The notes below the pieces were generated by a model that was given only the letters and a program-made list of their open reading frames with translations, was not told the origin of the DNA and ran no database searches. A stretch of DNA of 64,000 nucleotides, taken from Candidatus Multivorans sp. Its GTDB lineage: Bacteria; Acidobacteriota; Thermoanaerobaculia; Multivoradales; Multivoraceae. Made by a program: the position numbers and the translations under genes. Location: contig OZ251997.1 of assembly GCA_965247095.1 (NCBI GenBank), positions 4,160,001-4,224,000 of the forward strand, in the 5' to 3' direction. Of the stretch, positions 50,320 to 58,640 are shown in pieces. The first letter of the stretch is position 1. Each line of letters begins with the position of its first letter.

Positions 50320-53300
50320 ATGGCGCAGTTGGCCATCCCAGGGACCTGGTCTCGGCCCGTGGCCCTGGCCGCTGCCCTCGTCGCGTTGACGCTGCCGGCT
50401 TCGGCGGTTCGGGCGCAGCGGCTTCTGACCTTGGACCCGGGCGTCGCCGCAGCGTCGTCGGCGGGTGTCCCCGGCCCGTCGATGGGGCCGGTGCCTGTGG
50501 CGGTGCAGGTCGATCTCGAGTTGCTGCGCGGGGGCCCGGCCTGGCTTGAGGTGCCAACACCGGACGGTAGCGTGCTGTCGGCGGAACGGAGCGTGTTCGA
50601 GGACCGGGGGCGCGGCGACCTGATGTGGTCCGGGGGGCAGCGCGGCGCCGGGTACGACACGGTGGTGCTGACGGTGGAAGGAGGACGTCTCGTGGGCCGG
50701 TTCGGCGCGGCGGGCGGCGGCGCATACGAGATCCACGCGGAGCGGAACGGCAGGGGCGGAATGACGCCGATCGGGGGTCCCCGGGCGGGCGGGGCCGCCG
50801 AGCCGTTCTGCGCAGTGGAGGCGGTCGCTCAGGGCGCCCGCAAGGCGGCTGCCCATGGCCGGTCAGGAGACATGGCGGCGGATTCTCCCTTGCGGGTGAG
50901 CGATCCGCAGAGCCACGAACGACTGGACATCCTTGTGGCGTACACGGCCACCGCGGCCGAGAACTGGGCCGACCGCGGCGGGGCCGTGGCGGCGGTCCGT
51001 TACGCCGGCGACTACCTGAAGATGGTGTTTCGGAACAACGAGCTCCCGGTCGAGCCGCACATCGTGCATGTCGCGCAGGCGTCGGCTGCTCTGGATCGGG
51101 CAGGGAGAGACCTGCCCTGGCGCGAGGGTCAGCGATACATTAGTCCTCTGTGGGTGCAGATCGACCGGGACGGGGAACTGTCAAGCCTGCGCCATGAGCA
51201 CCGGGCCGACATGGTGCATCTCTTCACGGGCGAGCGCGCGCCCCTGGTCGGCGCCTGCGGCTCGGCTTACTTGCTTGGCGAGGGCCGTACGGCAGAGAAC
51301 TTCTCCGGTTTCGCCTACGGCTGGACCACGAACAACCCGGTCGTGTGCCCCTCCGACTACGCCGTCATTTTCGCGCACGAGATCGGACACGGGCTGGGCG
51401 CCCACCACGATCCCTGGTACATCCCGAGTCGGAGGTCCCTTTATAGGCCGTACGCTGTCGGCTACGCGAACTTCGACGTCATGCCGAGCCTCGGCACGGC
51501 GATGAGCTATGAGGGCCAGGTCGAGCCGTTCTTTTCGACTCCCCGGATCCGGCCGTTCGGCGCGGTGGTCGGCGTGGCCGGCGAGCAGGACAACGAGGGG
51601 ACCTTGCGCGAGACGGTCCACCTCGGCGTGCGGTACAGCGACTACCTGATGTCGGTGGACGGCCTTCCGGCGGCGCCAGGCGATCTTCGGGTTCAGTTCG
51701 ACGACGGCGCCGCGCGCCTCTCCTGGCGGGACAACGCGCCGGACGCGGACGGCTACGAGGCGGCCTGGAGAGTGGAGGAAGATGTCGGCCACTGGAGCTC
51801 GTGGGAGCTTGTGGCGCTTGAAGGCCGCACCGAGGCGACCCTCCCTCTGGAGTTGACGGGCAGGCTGTACGAGTTCTGGGTCAGAGCGACGGAGGGCGAA
51901 GCGTTGTCTCTGCGCAGCGACATCGTTCCGCTGGTCGTCCCCGGCGAACCGCTTGCGGCGCCGTCGAACGTCTCCGTTACGGTCGACCCCGACCTCGGAG
52001 AGGTCAATGTCCGCTGGACCGACAACTCGGACGACGAAGAGGGGTTCGACGTGCAACTGCTCCAGGACGGCGAGCCGCTTCATCGGGTCCGGGCACAGTC
52101 GGACACGGGGACTGCTCGGTTCATCTGGTTCCACATGGAACTTCAGGTCGGCGCCCGATTCGCTGTGCGCGTGTTCGCCTACAACAGCTCGGGCTATTCC
52201 GAGAGTGGCGAGGCGTCCTTCCGGTGGGCGCACTCGCGGGCGGCGGAGCCGGTTGCCGATGTCGTCGCTTCGGCCGTCGGTCCGACGACGGTGCGGGTGG
52301 CCTGGACGGTCGACCCAGAGATCGACAACTACCGTGTTGACGCGTTTCTCCAAGGTTGGACCGATGCGCAGGTGTTCGCTTCGAAAGATTCCCTCGACGG
52401 CGCGGCTTGGCTGGACTTCGAGGGCCTCGCTCGCGGCGGCCGCTACAGGTTCAGGGTGTTGCCGATCTCCAGGCGGGACTCAAGCTCCGCCTACCTGACT
52501 CTGGGCGGGCGGGCCGCGGGCCCCGAGGCCCCTTCGGGCGTTTCCTGGGTGAAATTGGACGATGGGAATGTCCGTGTGAGCTGGAGGGACAACTCGAGCG
52601 ACGAACTGGGGTTCGCGGTCCAGGTCGGCAGAGTGGCGGGTTGGTGGAGGGTGGCCAGGGTCCCTCCAGACGCGGAATCGGCCATCGTGTATTCGCAGTA
52701 TTCGCCACCGGATGGCCGTTTGCTCCGCGTGTTTGCATACAACGAACGCGGATTCTCCCTGAGCAGTCCCCAACTGCACGGGCCCCCGCTCCTGTGTCAC
52801 GTCACGGCCACCGCCGGCGACGGGGAGGTCTGCGTGGGCTGGGCCGTGTGCATCCGCGAGGCGGTGACCGGGATGCAGGTGCGCTGGAAGGCCTCGGCGG
52901 AACTACCCTTCGATGACGCGGTCGACGCCTGGACGGACCTGCCGGCAACCCTAGTGGAGTACACCGCGACGGATCTTGACAACGGCACGGAGTACACCTT
53001 TGAAGTGCGGGCCGTGGCGCCGGGCGGCGCGGGCCGGGCGGAGACCGTCGACGCGACGCCCCGCGCCTCCCGGAAGCCTTCCTTCGAGCTTGACATTCGG
53101 TGCGACGACGAGCTGTGCCGCACGCTGACGGGTGCGCTGGTGTCGTTCGTGGATACGAGCAACGGCAACGTGACGGAGAGGCGCTGGGATTTCGGCGACG
53201 GCGCCGGGTCGGACCTGCGGTCTCCGACCCACGCGTGGTCTTCGCCCGGCTACTATGACGTCACGCTGACAGTAGGAGACGGTTCAAGTTCGGGCTCGAC

Positions 53301-54195
53301 GACGCGTACGGTGCTGGTGGAGGCGGCGGCGCCGGCCGGTTCCTGCCGGGCCGACGCGGAAACGCTCTGCCTGCGGGACTCGCGTTTCGAAGTGAAGATG
53401 GACTGGTGGACCGCCGCCGGCGAGTCGGGCGTCGGACGGGTGGTTCACGCGGCCACCAACGACTCGGGGCTGTTCCGGTTCTTCGAACCCGAGAACTGGG
53501 AGGTGCTGGTCAAGGTGCTGGACGGCTGCGAGATCAACCGAAGGACATGGGTGCTGGGTGCTTCGGCGACCGATCTGGGCTACCGGATCAGGGTCACCGA
53601 CACGGCTACCGGCGCCTCTCGGTCGTACGAGAACGAGCCCGGCCGAGTGGCGCCGGCGATCGTCGATACCGACGCGTTCCCCGGGGCCTGCGACGGCGTC
53701 GTGTCGGCCGGCGCCTCGGTCGTCGAAACCGCTGGAAGCCGAGTCTCCAGAGGCTTGACGAACGGCCCGGACGGCGCCGAGCCCGCGTTGGTGGCGGCGG
53801 AGCAGCTCACGGGATGGTGTTGGGATCGTGAGGACTTTCTGTGTCTGCATGACCGCCAATTCCTGGTGCAGGTCGCTGCGCATCCGGTGGGCGGAGGGCG
53901 TCACATCGGCCGGGTTGCGCGGGCGCGTACGGACGAGTCGGGCGTCTTCTACTTCTTCGACCCGGAGAACTGGGAGGTGCTGGCGAAGGTGGTGGACGGC
54001 TGTGCGATCAACGGGCACTACTGGGTGTTTGCTGCTTCGGCGACCGATATGGGGCTCCACTTCTCGGTGCAGAGTACGGATTGGGAGCAGGGGGACGTCG
54101 TTCTCAGGGGGTGGATCACCAAGCCGGGCGAGCCGGCGCCGGCGATCATCAACACGGAGGCCTTCGCGTGCGTTACTCTCGCGCCGCCGAACTGA
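50320..54195 (+). CDS. Secreted M12/reprolysin-like zinc metalloprotease with FN3 repeats, PKD and two C-terminal repeats
   Basis: Signal peptide; LDILVAYT, HEIGHGLGAHH, Met-turn TAMSY; W.DNS..E.GF FN3 repeats; WDFGDG..P.H PKD; two LCL..RF..NWEVL.KV.DGC domains. Confidence 0.85.
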   Translation: MAQLAIPGTWSRPVALAAALVALTLPASAVRAQRLLTLDPGVAAASSAGVPGPSMGPVPVAVQVDLELLRGGPAWLEVPTPDGSVLSAERSVFEDRGRGDLMWSGGQRGAGYDTVVLTVEGGRLVGRFGAAGGGAYEIHAERNGRGGMTPIGGPRAGGAAEPFCAVEAVAQGARKAAAHGRSGDMAADSPLRVSDPQSHERLDILVAYTATAAENWADRGGAVAAVRYAGDYLKMVFRNNELPVEPHIVHVAQASAALDRAGRDLPWREGQRYISPLWVQIDRDGELSSLRHEHRADMVHLFTGERAPLVGACGSAYLLGEGRTAENFSGFAYGWTTNNPVVCPSDYAVIFAHEIGHGLGAHHDPWYIPSRRSLYRPYAVGYANFDVMPSLGTAMSYEGQVEPFFSTPRIRPFGAVVGVAGEQDNEGTLRETVHLGVRYSDYLMSVDGLPAAPGDLRVQFDDGAARLSWRDNAPDADGYEAAWRVEEDVGHWSSWELVALEGRTEATLPLELTGRLYEFWVRATEGEALSLRSDIVPLVVPGEPLAAPSNVSVTVDPDLGEVNVRWTDNSDDEEGFDVQLLQDGEPLHRVRAQSDTGTARFIWFHMELQVGARFAVRVFAYNSSGYSESGEASFRWAHSRAAEPVADVVASAVGPTTVRVAWTVDPEIDNYRVDAFLQGWTDAQVFASKDSLDGAAWLDFEGLARGGRYRFRVLPISRRDSSSAYLTLGGRAAGPEAPSGVSWVKLDDGNVRVSWRDNSSDELGFAVQVGRVAGWWRVARVPPDAESAIVYSQYSPPDGRLLRVFAYNERGFSLSSPQLHGPPLLCHVTATAGDGEVCVGWAVCIREAVTGMQVRWKASAELPFDDAVDAWTDLPATLVEYTATDLDNGTEYTFEVRAVAPGGAGRAETVDATPRASRKPSFELDIRCDDELCRTLTGALVSFVDTSNGNVTERRWDFGDGAGSDLRSPTHAWSSPGYYDVTLTVGDGSSSGSTTRTVLVEAAAPAGSCRADAETLCLRDSRFEVKMDWWTAAGESGVGRVVHAATNDSGLFRFFEPENWEVLVKVLDGCEINRRTWVLGASATDLGYRIRVTDTATGASRSYENEPGRVAPAIVDTDAFPGACDGVVSAGASVVETAGSRVSRGLTNGPDGAEPALVAAEQLTGWCWDREDFLCLHDRQFLVQVAAHPVGGGRHIGRVARARTDESGVFYFFDPENWEVLAKVVDGCAINGHYWVFAASATDMGLHFSVQSTDWEQGDVVLRGWITKPGEPAPAIINTEAFACVTLAPPN

Positions 54196-54221
54196 CACGG
54201 CCTGGTTGGGACCCTCTCGCG

Positions 54222-55397
54222 CTAGATCGCAGCCAACAGGTCCCCCAACTGCTCCAGGCTCGCCAGGTTGTGCACTGGCAGGAAGTCGTCGGTGTGGGGG
54301 AGAGCGGCCACAATACCGCGGGTGAGGGGCTCGTAGCGGGGGGAGCCCAGCAGCGGATTGAGCCAGATGAGGCGGTGGCAGCTTCGGTGGAGGCGTTCCA
54401 TTTCCTTGCCGAGGAGGGCGATGTCGCCGCGGTCCCAGCCGTCGCTGATGATGAGGACTGCGGCGCCCTGGCCGAGGAGGCGTCGGCCCCAGACGAAGTT
54501 GAACTCGCGCAGGGCCTCGCCCGTGCGGGTGCCGCCGCCCCAGTCTTCGATGCGGTGGGCGGAGGCCTGGAGAGCGCGGTCGACGTCGCGTTCGGCGAGT
54601 TCGCGGGTGAGGCGCGTGAGGCGGGTGCCGAAGGCGAAGGCCTCGACTTTCGATACGCCCGGGTCGGCGGATCTCGGGTGGGAGACGGCGTAGATGAAGT
54701 GGAGCAGCAGCCGCGAGTAGGGCTCCATGGAGCCGGAGATGTCGCAGAGCAGCACCAGGGGCCGCCGCCGGTGCTTGCGGTCGCGGCCGACCAGGTCGAT
54801 CAGCTCGCCGCCGTGGGCGAGGTTGCGACGGAGCGTACGGCGCAGGTCGAGGCGGTGGCCGCCGGAGCTGGGCCGGAGCCGGCGGGTGCGGCGGGTCTCG
54901 AGCTGCCAGTGCATGGACGCCATCAACTGCTTGATCTCGTCGAGTTCGTCGCCTTCGAGCCCCGCGAAGTCCTTGCGCCGGAGCGCTTCGCGGGCGCTGT
55001 AGAGGGCCGTATGGGCGGTGCGGTCGCGGTCTTCCGAGCGGTCGCCGTCGCCGTCGTTCAGCGCCAGCTTCTGGATCGCCGACCGCTTCGTCCGCTCGGT
55101 GTGGCGCTGGATCATCAGACCCAGTTCGAGATGCTCGAGTTCGCGCGGGTCGCGGGCCTGCCAGAAGAGCTCGAATGCCTTCTCGAACCACGGCAGATCA
55201 CGTCGCCGGCTGACCAGGACGGCCCGTGCAGCCGCCTTCACGTCGCGCTTGCGGGCGATGTCGACGAGTTCGAGAGCCGCCACCCAGTCCCGGAGCTGGG
55301 TCGGCGTCACGTCCAGGCTGCCCACCCGCAGCAGGCGGCCGAAGAGGACGATGTTGCGCAGCAGGTGGCCGGTGGCCGGCGCTGCCGTTTCAGTCAT
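54222..55397 (-). CDS. coxE: CoxE-like VWA domain protein
   Basis: F.RLLR, LDLRRTLR, LCDISGSM..YS, F.FGTRLT, W.GGTR.G, IISDGWD, WLNPL. Confidence 0.9.
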   Translation of the reverse strand: MTETAAPATGHLLRNIVLFGRLLRVGSLDVTPTQLRDWVAALELVDIARKRDVKAAARAVLVSRRRDLPWFEKAFELFWQARDPRELEHLELGLMIQRHTERTKRSAIQKLALNDGDGDRSEDRDRTAHTALYSAREALRRKDFAGLEGDELDEIKQLMASMHWQLETRRTRRLRPSSGGHRLDLRRTLRRNLAHGGELIDLVGRDRKHRRRPLVLLCDISGSMEPYSRLLLHFIYAVSHPRSADPGVSKVEAFAFGTRLTRLTRELAERDVDRALQASAHRIEDWGGGTRTGEALREFNFVWGRRLLGQGAAVLIISDGWDRGDIALLGKEMERLHRSCHRLIWLNPLLGSPRYEPLTRGIVAALPHTDDFLPVHNLASLEQLGDLLAAI

Positions 55398-55601
55398 CGA
55401 TCCAGCGGGGCGGGACTCATGGAGCGCTTCGTCTTCAGCCATTTCCGGGATTCCCGCAAGATCGTTTCCCCGCGGCATTCCCTGCTGGCAGTGAACTCGC
55501 GGACCGGGACCGGCCAGAGGATAGCGAGGCCGTAGACTCCTGCCATCTCCGTGGATGGCTGTTGGCGACGAATGGTCGTGCCGTGAACGAGGAAGAGCCC
55601 C

Positions 55602-56966
55602 ATGAGAATGTTCATCGCGTTCGTTGCGCTGGTGCTGGCTGCCGTGCCCGCAGCAGCCGAGGATCTCTACAACAAGGACGGCGTGCAGCTCTGGACCTCG
55701 GCGCGTCTTGTGACCCGCGATGCGGCGACCTGCCATGTGCTGGAGGACCGATACCCGGACGAGGAGTACCAGCGCTTGAAGGCGAACGAGGGGCAGTCGC
55801 TGCACGTGTGGCGGATGGACCTGACCGCGGCGAACTACTCGGGCAAGGTGATCGAGTACCTGCGCGGCAGCGTGGACGTTGAATCGGAGTGGCCGCCATG
55901 CACCAACTGGGACTGGGACGTGTTGCAGGACTACCCGGGAGGTGTGGACTGGGCGGGTGGCATCCTGAGCTTTCAGCAGGTGACCGACATGCAGCCCGGT
56001 GAGGAGGCGGGCGAGACCATGTTCCTCCTGGCGTTCCATGACCAGGAGCCGGGGTTCGGCCGCTGGAGCATCGACTACAACTTCTCCGAGGCCGCGCCGG
56101 CTTCAGCCGACCGCGGCGTTCCGAGCGGGCGCGCGCCCGGAGCCGGCACACCCAGCGACCGGCAGTCGGCGGCGCCCGGCCGCGCCGCCGACCCGCCTCT
56201 CGCGGCCCGCCCGTCTAGGCAGGCGGGCGATGTGTTCCGGGACACGCTTCGTTCGGGCGGCACGGGCCCGGAGATGGTGGTGATACCGGCGGGGAGTTTT
56301 CGTATGGGCTGCGTGTCGGGTGTGGGCTGCTTTGACGACGAGCATCCGGTCCACCAGGTGACGATTCCTCAGGCGTTGGCGGTCGTGAAGTACGAGGTGA
56401 CGTTCGCGGAGTGGGACGCCTGCGTGTCGGGTGGCGGTTGCAGTCATCGTCCCGATGACGCGTGGGGCCGCGGGCGGCACCCAGTGATGCGCGTGTCGTG
56501 GGATGACGCCCAGGAGTATGTGCGTTGGCTGTCGTCGCAGACGGGTGCTGAGTATCGTTTGCTGAGCGAGTCGGAGTGGGAGTACGCGGCTCGTGCCGGG
56601 TCGAGCACGGCGTACAGTTGGGGGAACGAGATCGGTTCGGGTCGCGCGAACTGCAATGGTTGCGGCAGCCAGTGGGACGGTTCGCAGACGGTGCCGGTGG
56701 GTTCGTTTTCGCCGAACGGGTGGGGCCTCCACGACATGCATGGCAACGTGTGGGAGTGGGTGCAGGACTGCTGGAACGGAAGCTACAGCGTCGCGCCGTC
56801 GAACGGCGGCGCTTGGCAGCAGGGTCATTGCTCCCGTCGCGTTTTGCGCGGTGGTTCCTGGGGCGACGATCCGTGGGACCTCCGCTCCGCGTACCGCTTC
56901 AGGAACGCCTCCGGCTACCGCTACGACTTCCTCGGTTTTCGTGTAGCCCGGACGCTCACCCCTTGA
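55602..56966 (+). CDS. DGR target: secreted protein with unknown N-terminal domain, Pro/Ala linker and FGE-sulfatase/CLec domain
   Basis: Signal peptide; PEMVVIPAGSF.MG, YEVTF..W, PV..VSW.DA, RL.SE.EWEYAARAG, GL.DMHGNVWEW, RVLRGGSW...GFRVARTL; 3' end matches the TR. Confidence 0.93.
   Translation: MRMFIAFVALVLAAVPAAAEDLYNKDGVQLWTSARLVTRDAATCHVLEDRYPDEEYQRLKANEGQSLHVWRMDLTAANYSGKVIEYLRGSVDVESEWPPCTNWDWDVLQDYPGGVDWAGGILSFQQVTDMQPGEEAGETMFLLAFHDQEPGFGRWSIDYNFSEAAPASADRGVPSGRAPGAGTPSDRQSAAPGRAADPPLAARPSRQAGDVFRDTLRSGGTGPEMVVIPAGSFRMGCVSGVGCFDDEHPVHQVTIPQALAVVKYEVTFAEWDACVSGGGCSHRPDDAWGRGRHPVMRVSWDDAQEYVRWLSSQTGAEYRLLSESEWEYAARAGSSTAYSWGNEIGSGRANCNGCGSQWDGSQTVPVGSFSPNGWGLHDMHGNVWEWVQDCWNGSYSVAPSNGGAWQQGHCSRRVLRGGSWGDDPWDLRSAYRFRNASGYRYDFLGFRVARTLTP
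56833..56958 (+). repeat. DGR variable repeat (VR) with IMH end
   Basis: 126-nt ungapped match to 58262-58387; 21 of 22 mismatches lie opposite TR adenines. Confidence 0.96.
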
Positions 56967-56998
56967 GTCTTTACCTCTTTACCTCTTTGTGGGGGGTT

Positions 56999-57022
56999 CC
57001 AAGGGGGGCTTGCCCCCCTTGG
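56999..57022 (+). promoter_or_regulatory. GC-rich hairpin/cruciform downstream of the VR (DGR target-recognition element)
   Basis: CCAAGGGGGG-CTTG-CCCCCCTTGG, a perfect 10-bp stem about 30 nt after the target stop, preceded by TCTTTACC repeats. Confidence 0.8.
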
Positions 57023-57062
57023 TCCGTCGCGTAGGCTGCGTTGCCAACCTGAGAGCCCCTTC

Positions 57063-57473
57063 TTGACGCCGCACGAGGAACAACCCGAAGGTGGTATTGC
57101 GCCCGCCCACCGCGCCCGCACGACGGGCGCTGCGCTGGAGTCCCACTACCGGTTCATCCTCTGGCTGGTTCCGGCGGTGGAGCGTTTCCCCCGCAGCCGC
57201 AAGTTCCTGCTCGGCGACCGCATCCAGAACACCGCCCTCGATGTACTGGAGCGCCTCATCGAGGCGACCTACACCCGCCGCCGGTCCGGTCACTTGGCCG
57301 TCGCCAACCTGGGCCTGGAGAAGCTTCGCTTCCTGTTCCGCTTGGCCTGGGACCTGCGCGTCCTGGATCGCCGGCGCTACGAGTACGCCGCCCGGTGTAT
57401 CGACGAGACGGGGCGCAAGGTCGGCGCCTGGCGCAAGGTGCATAGTGCCCGCGAGAGCGCGCAATCTGTTTGA
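57063..57473 (+). CDS. avd: DGR accessory variability determinant (bAvd-like four-helix bundle)
   Basis: WL.P.VE.FPRS.KF.LGDRIQ..ALD.LE..IEA.Y...LEKLRFL.RLA.DL...Y.....IDE.GR.VG.W.K; lies between VR and RT. Confidence 0.92.
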   Translation: MTPHEEQPEGGIAPAHRARTTGAALESHYRFILWLVPAVERFPRSRKFLLGDRIQNTALDVLERLIEATYTRRRSGHLAVANLGLEKLRFLFRLAWDLRVLDRRRYEYAARCIDETGRKVGAWRKVHSARESAQSV

Positions 57474-58375
57474 CCGCATCGCCTCCTTCGAGGCGCTGCA
57501 CGCGGCCGCGCTGCGCGCCGCGCGGGCGAAGCGTGGGAAGCCCGGTGTGGCGGCCTTCCTCGCCAACCTGGAAACCGAGGTGCTGCGTCTCGAACGGGAG
57601 CTCAAGAGCGGCCTCTACTGCCCGGGGCGCTACACGAAGATCGAGATTCACGACCCGAAGCACCGCATCGTGTCCGCGGCCCCCTTCCGCGACCGGGTGG
57701 TCCACCACGCCTTCTGCGCCGTGTGCGAGCCGATCTTCGAGCGCGGCTTCATTCACGACAGCTACGCGAACCGCGTCGGCAAGGGCACCCACCGGGCGGT
57801 CGCCCGCTACGAGAAGTTCCGCGACCGGTCCCGGTACGTCCTGCGCTGCGACATCTTCCGCTACTTCCACACGATCGACCACGAGATCCTGAAGCGCGAC
57901 CTGCGCCGCCGGCTGGCCTGCGAGCGCACCCTGGACCTGGCGGACCGGATCATCGACGGGTCGAACCCGCAGGAGCCGGTCTACCAGCATTTCCCAGGCG
58001 ACGTCGGAACCAACGAAGTTCCTGGGCTTCGTGCTGCTGCCCGGCGGCCGTCGGCGCTTGCCCGAGGACAACGTCCGACGATTCCGCAACCGGCTCCGCG
58101 GCCTGCGCGACCGCTGGCGGCACGGGACGGTGGCCGAAGACGAAGTGCGCCGACGAGTCCAGTCCTGGATTGCCCACGCCGAGCACGCGGACACCTGGCG
58201 TCTGCGTCAAACGATCTTCCGCGACGGGTGGTTCGACCCGGCGCGGGGGCCTGGCTCTCCCCCCGACGCGTTTTGCGCGGTGGTTCCTGGAACAACAAAC
58301 CGAGGAACCTCCGCTCCGCGAACCGCAACAGGAACACCACCGACAACCGCAACAACAACAACGGTTTTCGTGTAG
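57445..58375 (+). pseudogene. DGR reverse transcriptase with internal deletion and frameshift (no GNxxSQ or YxDD motif)
   Basis: N-part: DPKHR.VSAAPFRDRVVHHA, FIHDSYA.R.GKGTH.A, LRCDI.RYF.TIDH..L, ending FPGD at about 58003. C-part in another frame: SEPTKFLGF...RRFRNRL...SWIAHA.HADT. The middle motifs are absent. Confidence 0.88.
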
Positions 58376-58387
58376 CCCGCACGCTCA
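58262..58387 (+). repeat. DGR template repeat (TR)
   Basis: AAC-rich copy of the VR (11 AAC codons in the VR frame). Confidence 0.96.
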
Positions 58388-58533
58388 ATAGCCGGAGTCG
58401 GCGCCGTCACGGCAGCGCCGGGAGCGCAGTGAGCGTCCAGGGAGGGTCATGATGAGACCCGGTTGCCGCCCCTCTTGCCCCGGTTGCGGGGGAGGGGCGG
58501 CTGCCAAGTGGCCCGGGAGGCCGCTTCACTTGC

Positions 58534-58562
58534 TTGCATCGCCTGCCGGGCGAAGGTAGATT
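58534..58562 (+). promoter_or_regulatory. Sigma70-like promoter upstream of the NYN leader
   Basis: TTGCAT-17 nt-TAGATT. Confidence 0.55.
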
Positions 58563-58597
58563 GCGCGTAGATACCCGCCGGCAGCGTGCTGTCGGCT

Positions 58598-58631
58598 CAA
58601 GGGCTGCTCTTCGGGGCAGCCCTTGCTTTTT
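58598..58631 (+). terminator. Intrinsic terminator-like hairpin just upstream of the NYN gene
   Basis: CAAGGGCTGCTC-TTCG-GGGCAGCCCTTG followed by CTTTTT. Confidence 0.7.
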
Positions 58632-58640
58632 GGGGACAGT

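Noticed and set aside
55394-55615. 73-aa minus-strand ORF whose stop overlaps the coxE start
   Set aside because: It has no recognisable motif and overlaps the divergent target start; it may be a remnant but is unsupported.
56230-56966. Active formylglycine-generating enzyme
   Set aside because: The catalytic Cys region is replaced by the VR and no sulfatase gene is nearby; a binding (CLec) role is more likely.
58290-58362. AAC runs as a microsatellite or CRISPR-like array
   Set aside because: They are the AAC codons of the TR; there is no repeat-spacer periodicity.
57445-58375. RT as a group II intron, retron or CRISPR-associated RT
   Set aside because: The adjacent avd and the adenine-biased TR/VR pair identify a DGR; no cas genes or intron domain V/VI were recognised.
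57091-58452. 453-aa ORF as a genuine RT-FGE fusion protein
   Set aside because: It arises from the deletion frameshift reading through the TR; its N-terminal extension is an off-frame overlap of avd.
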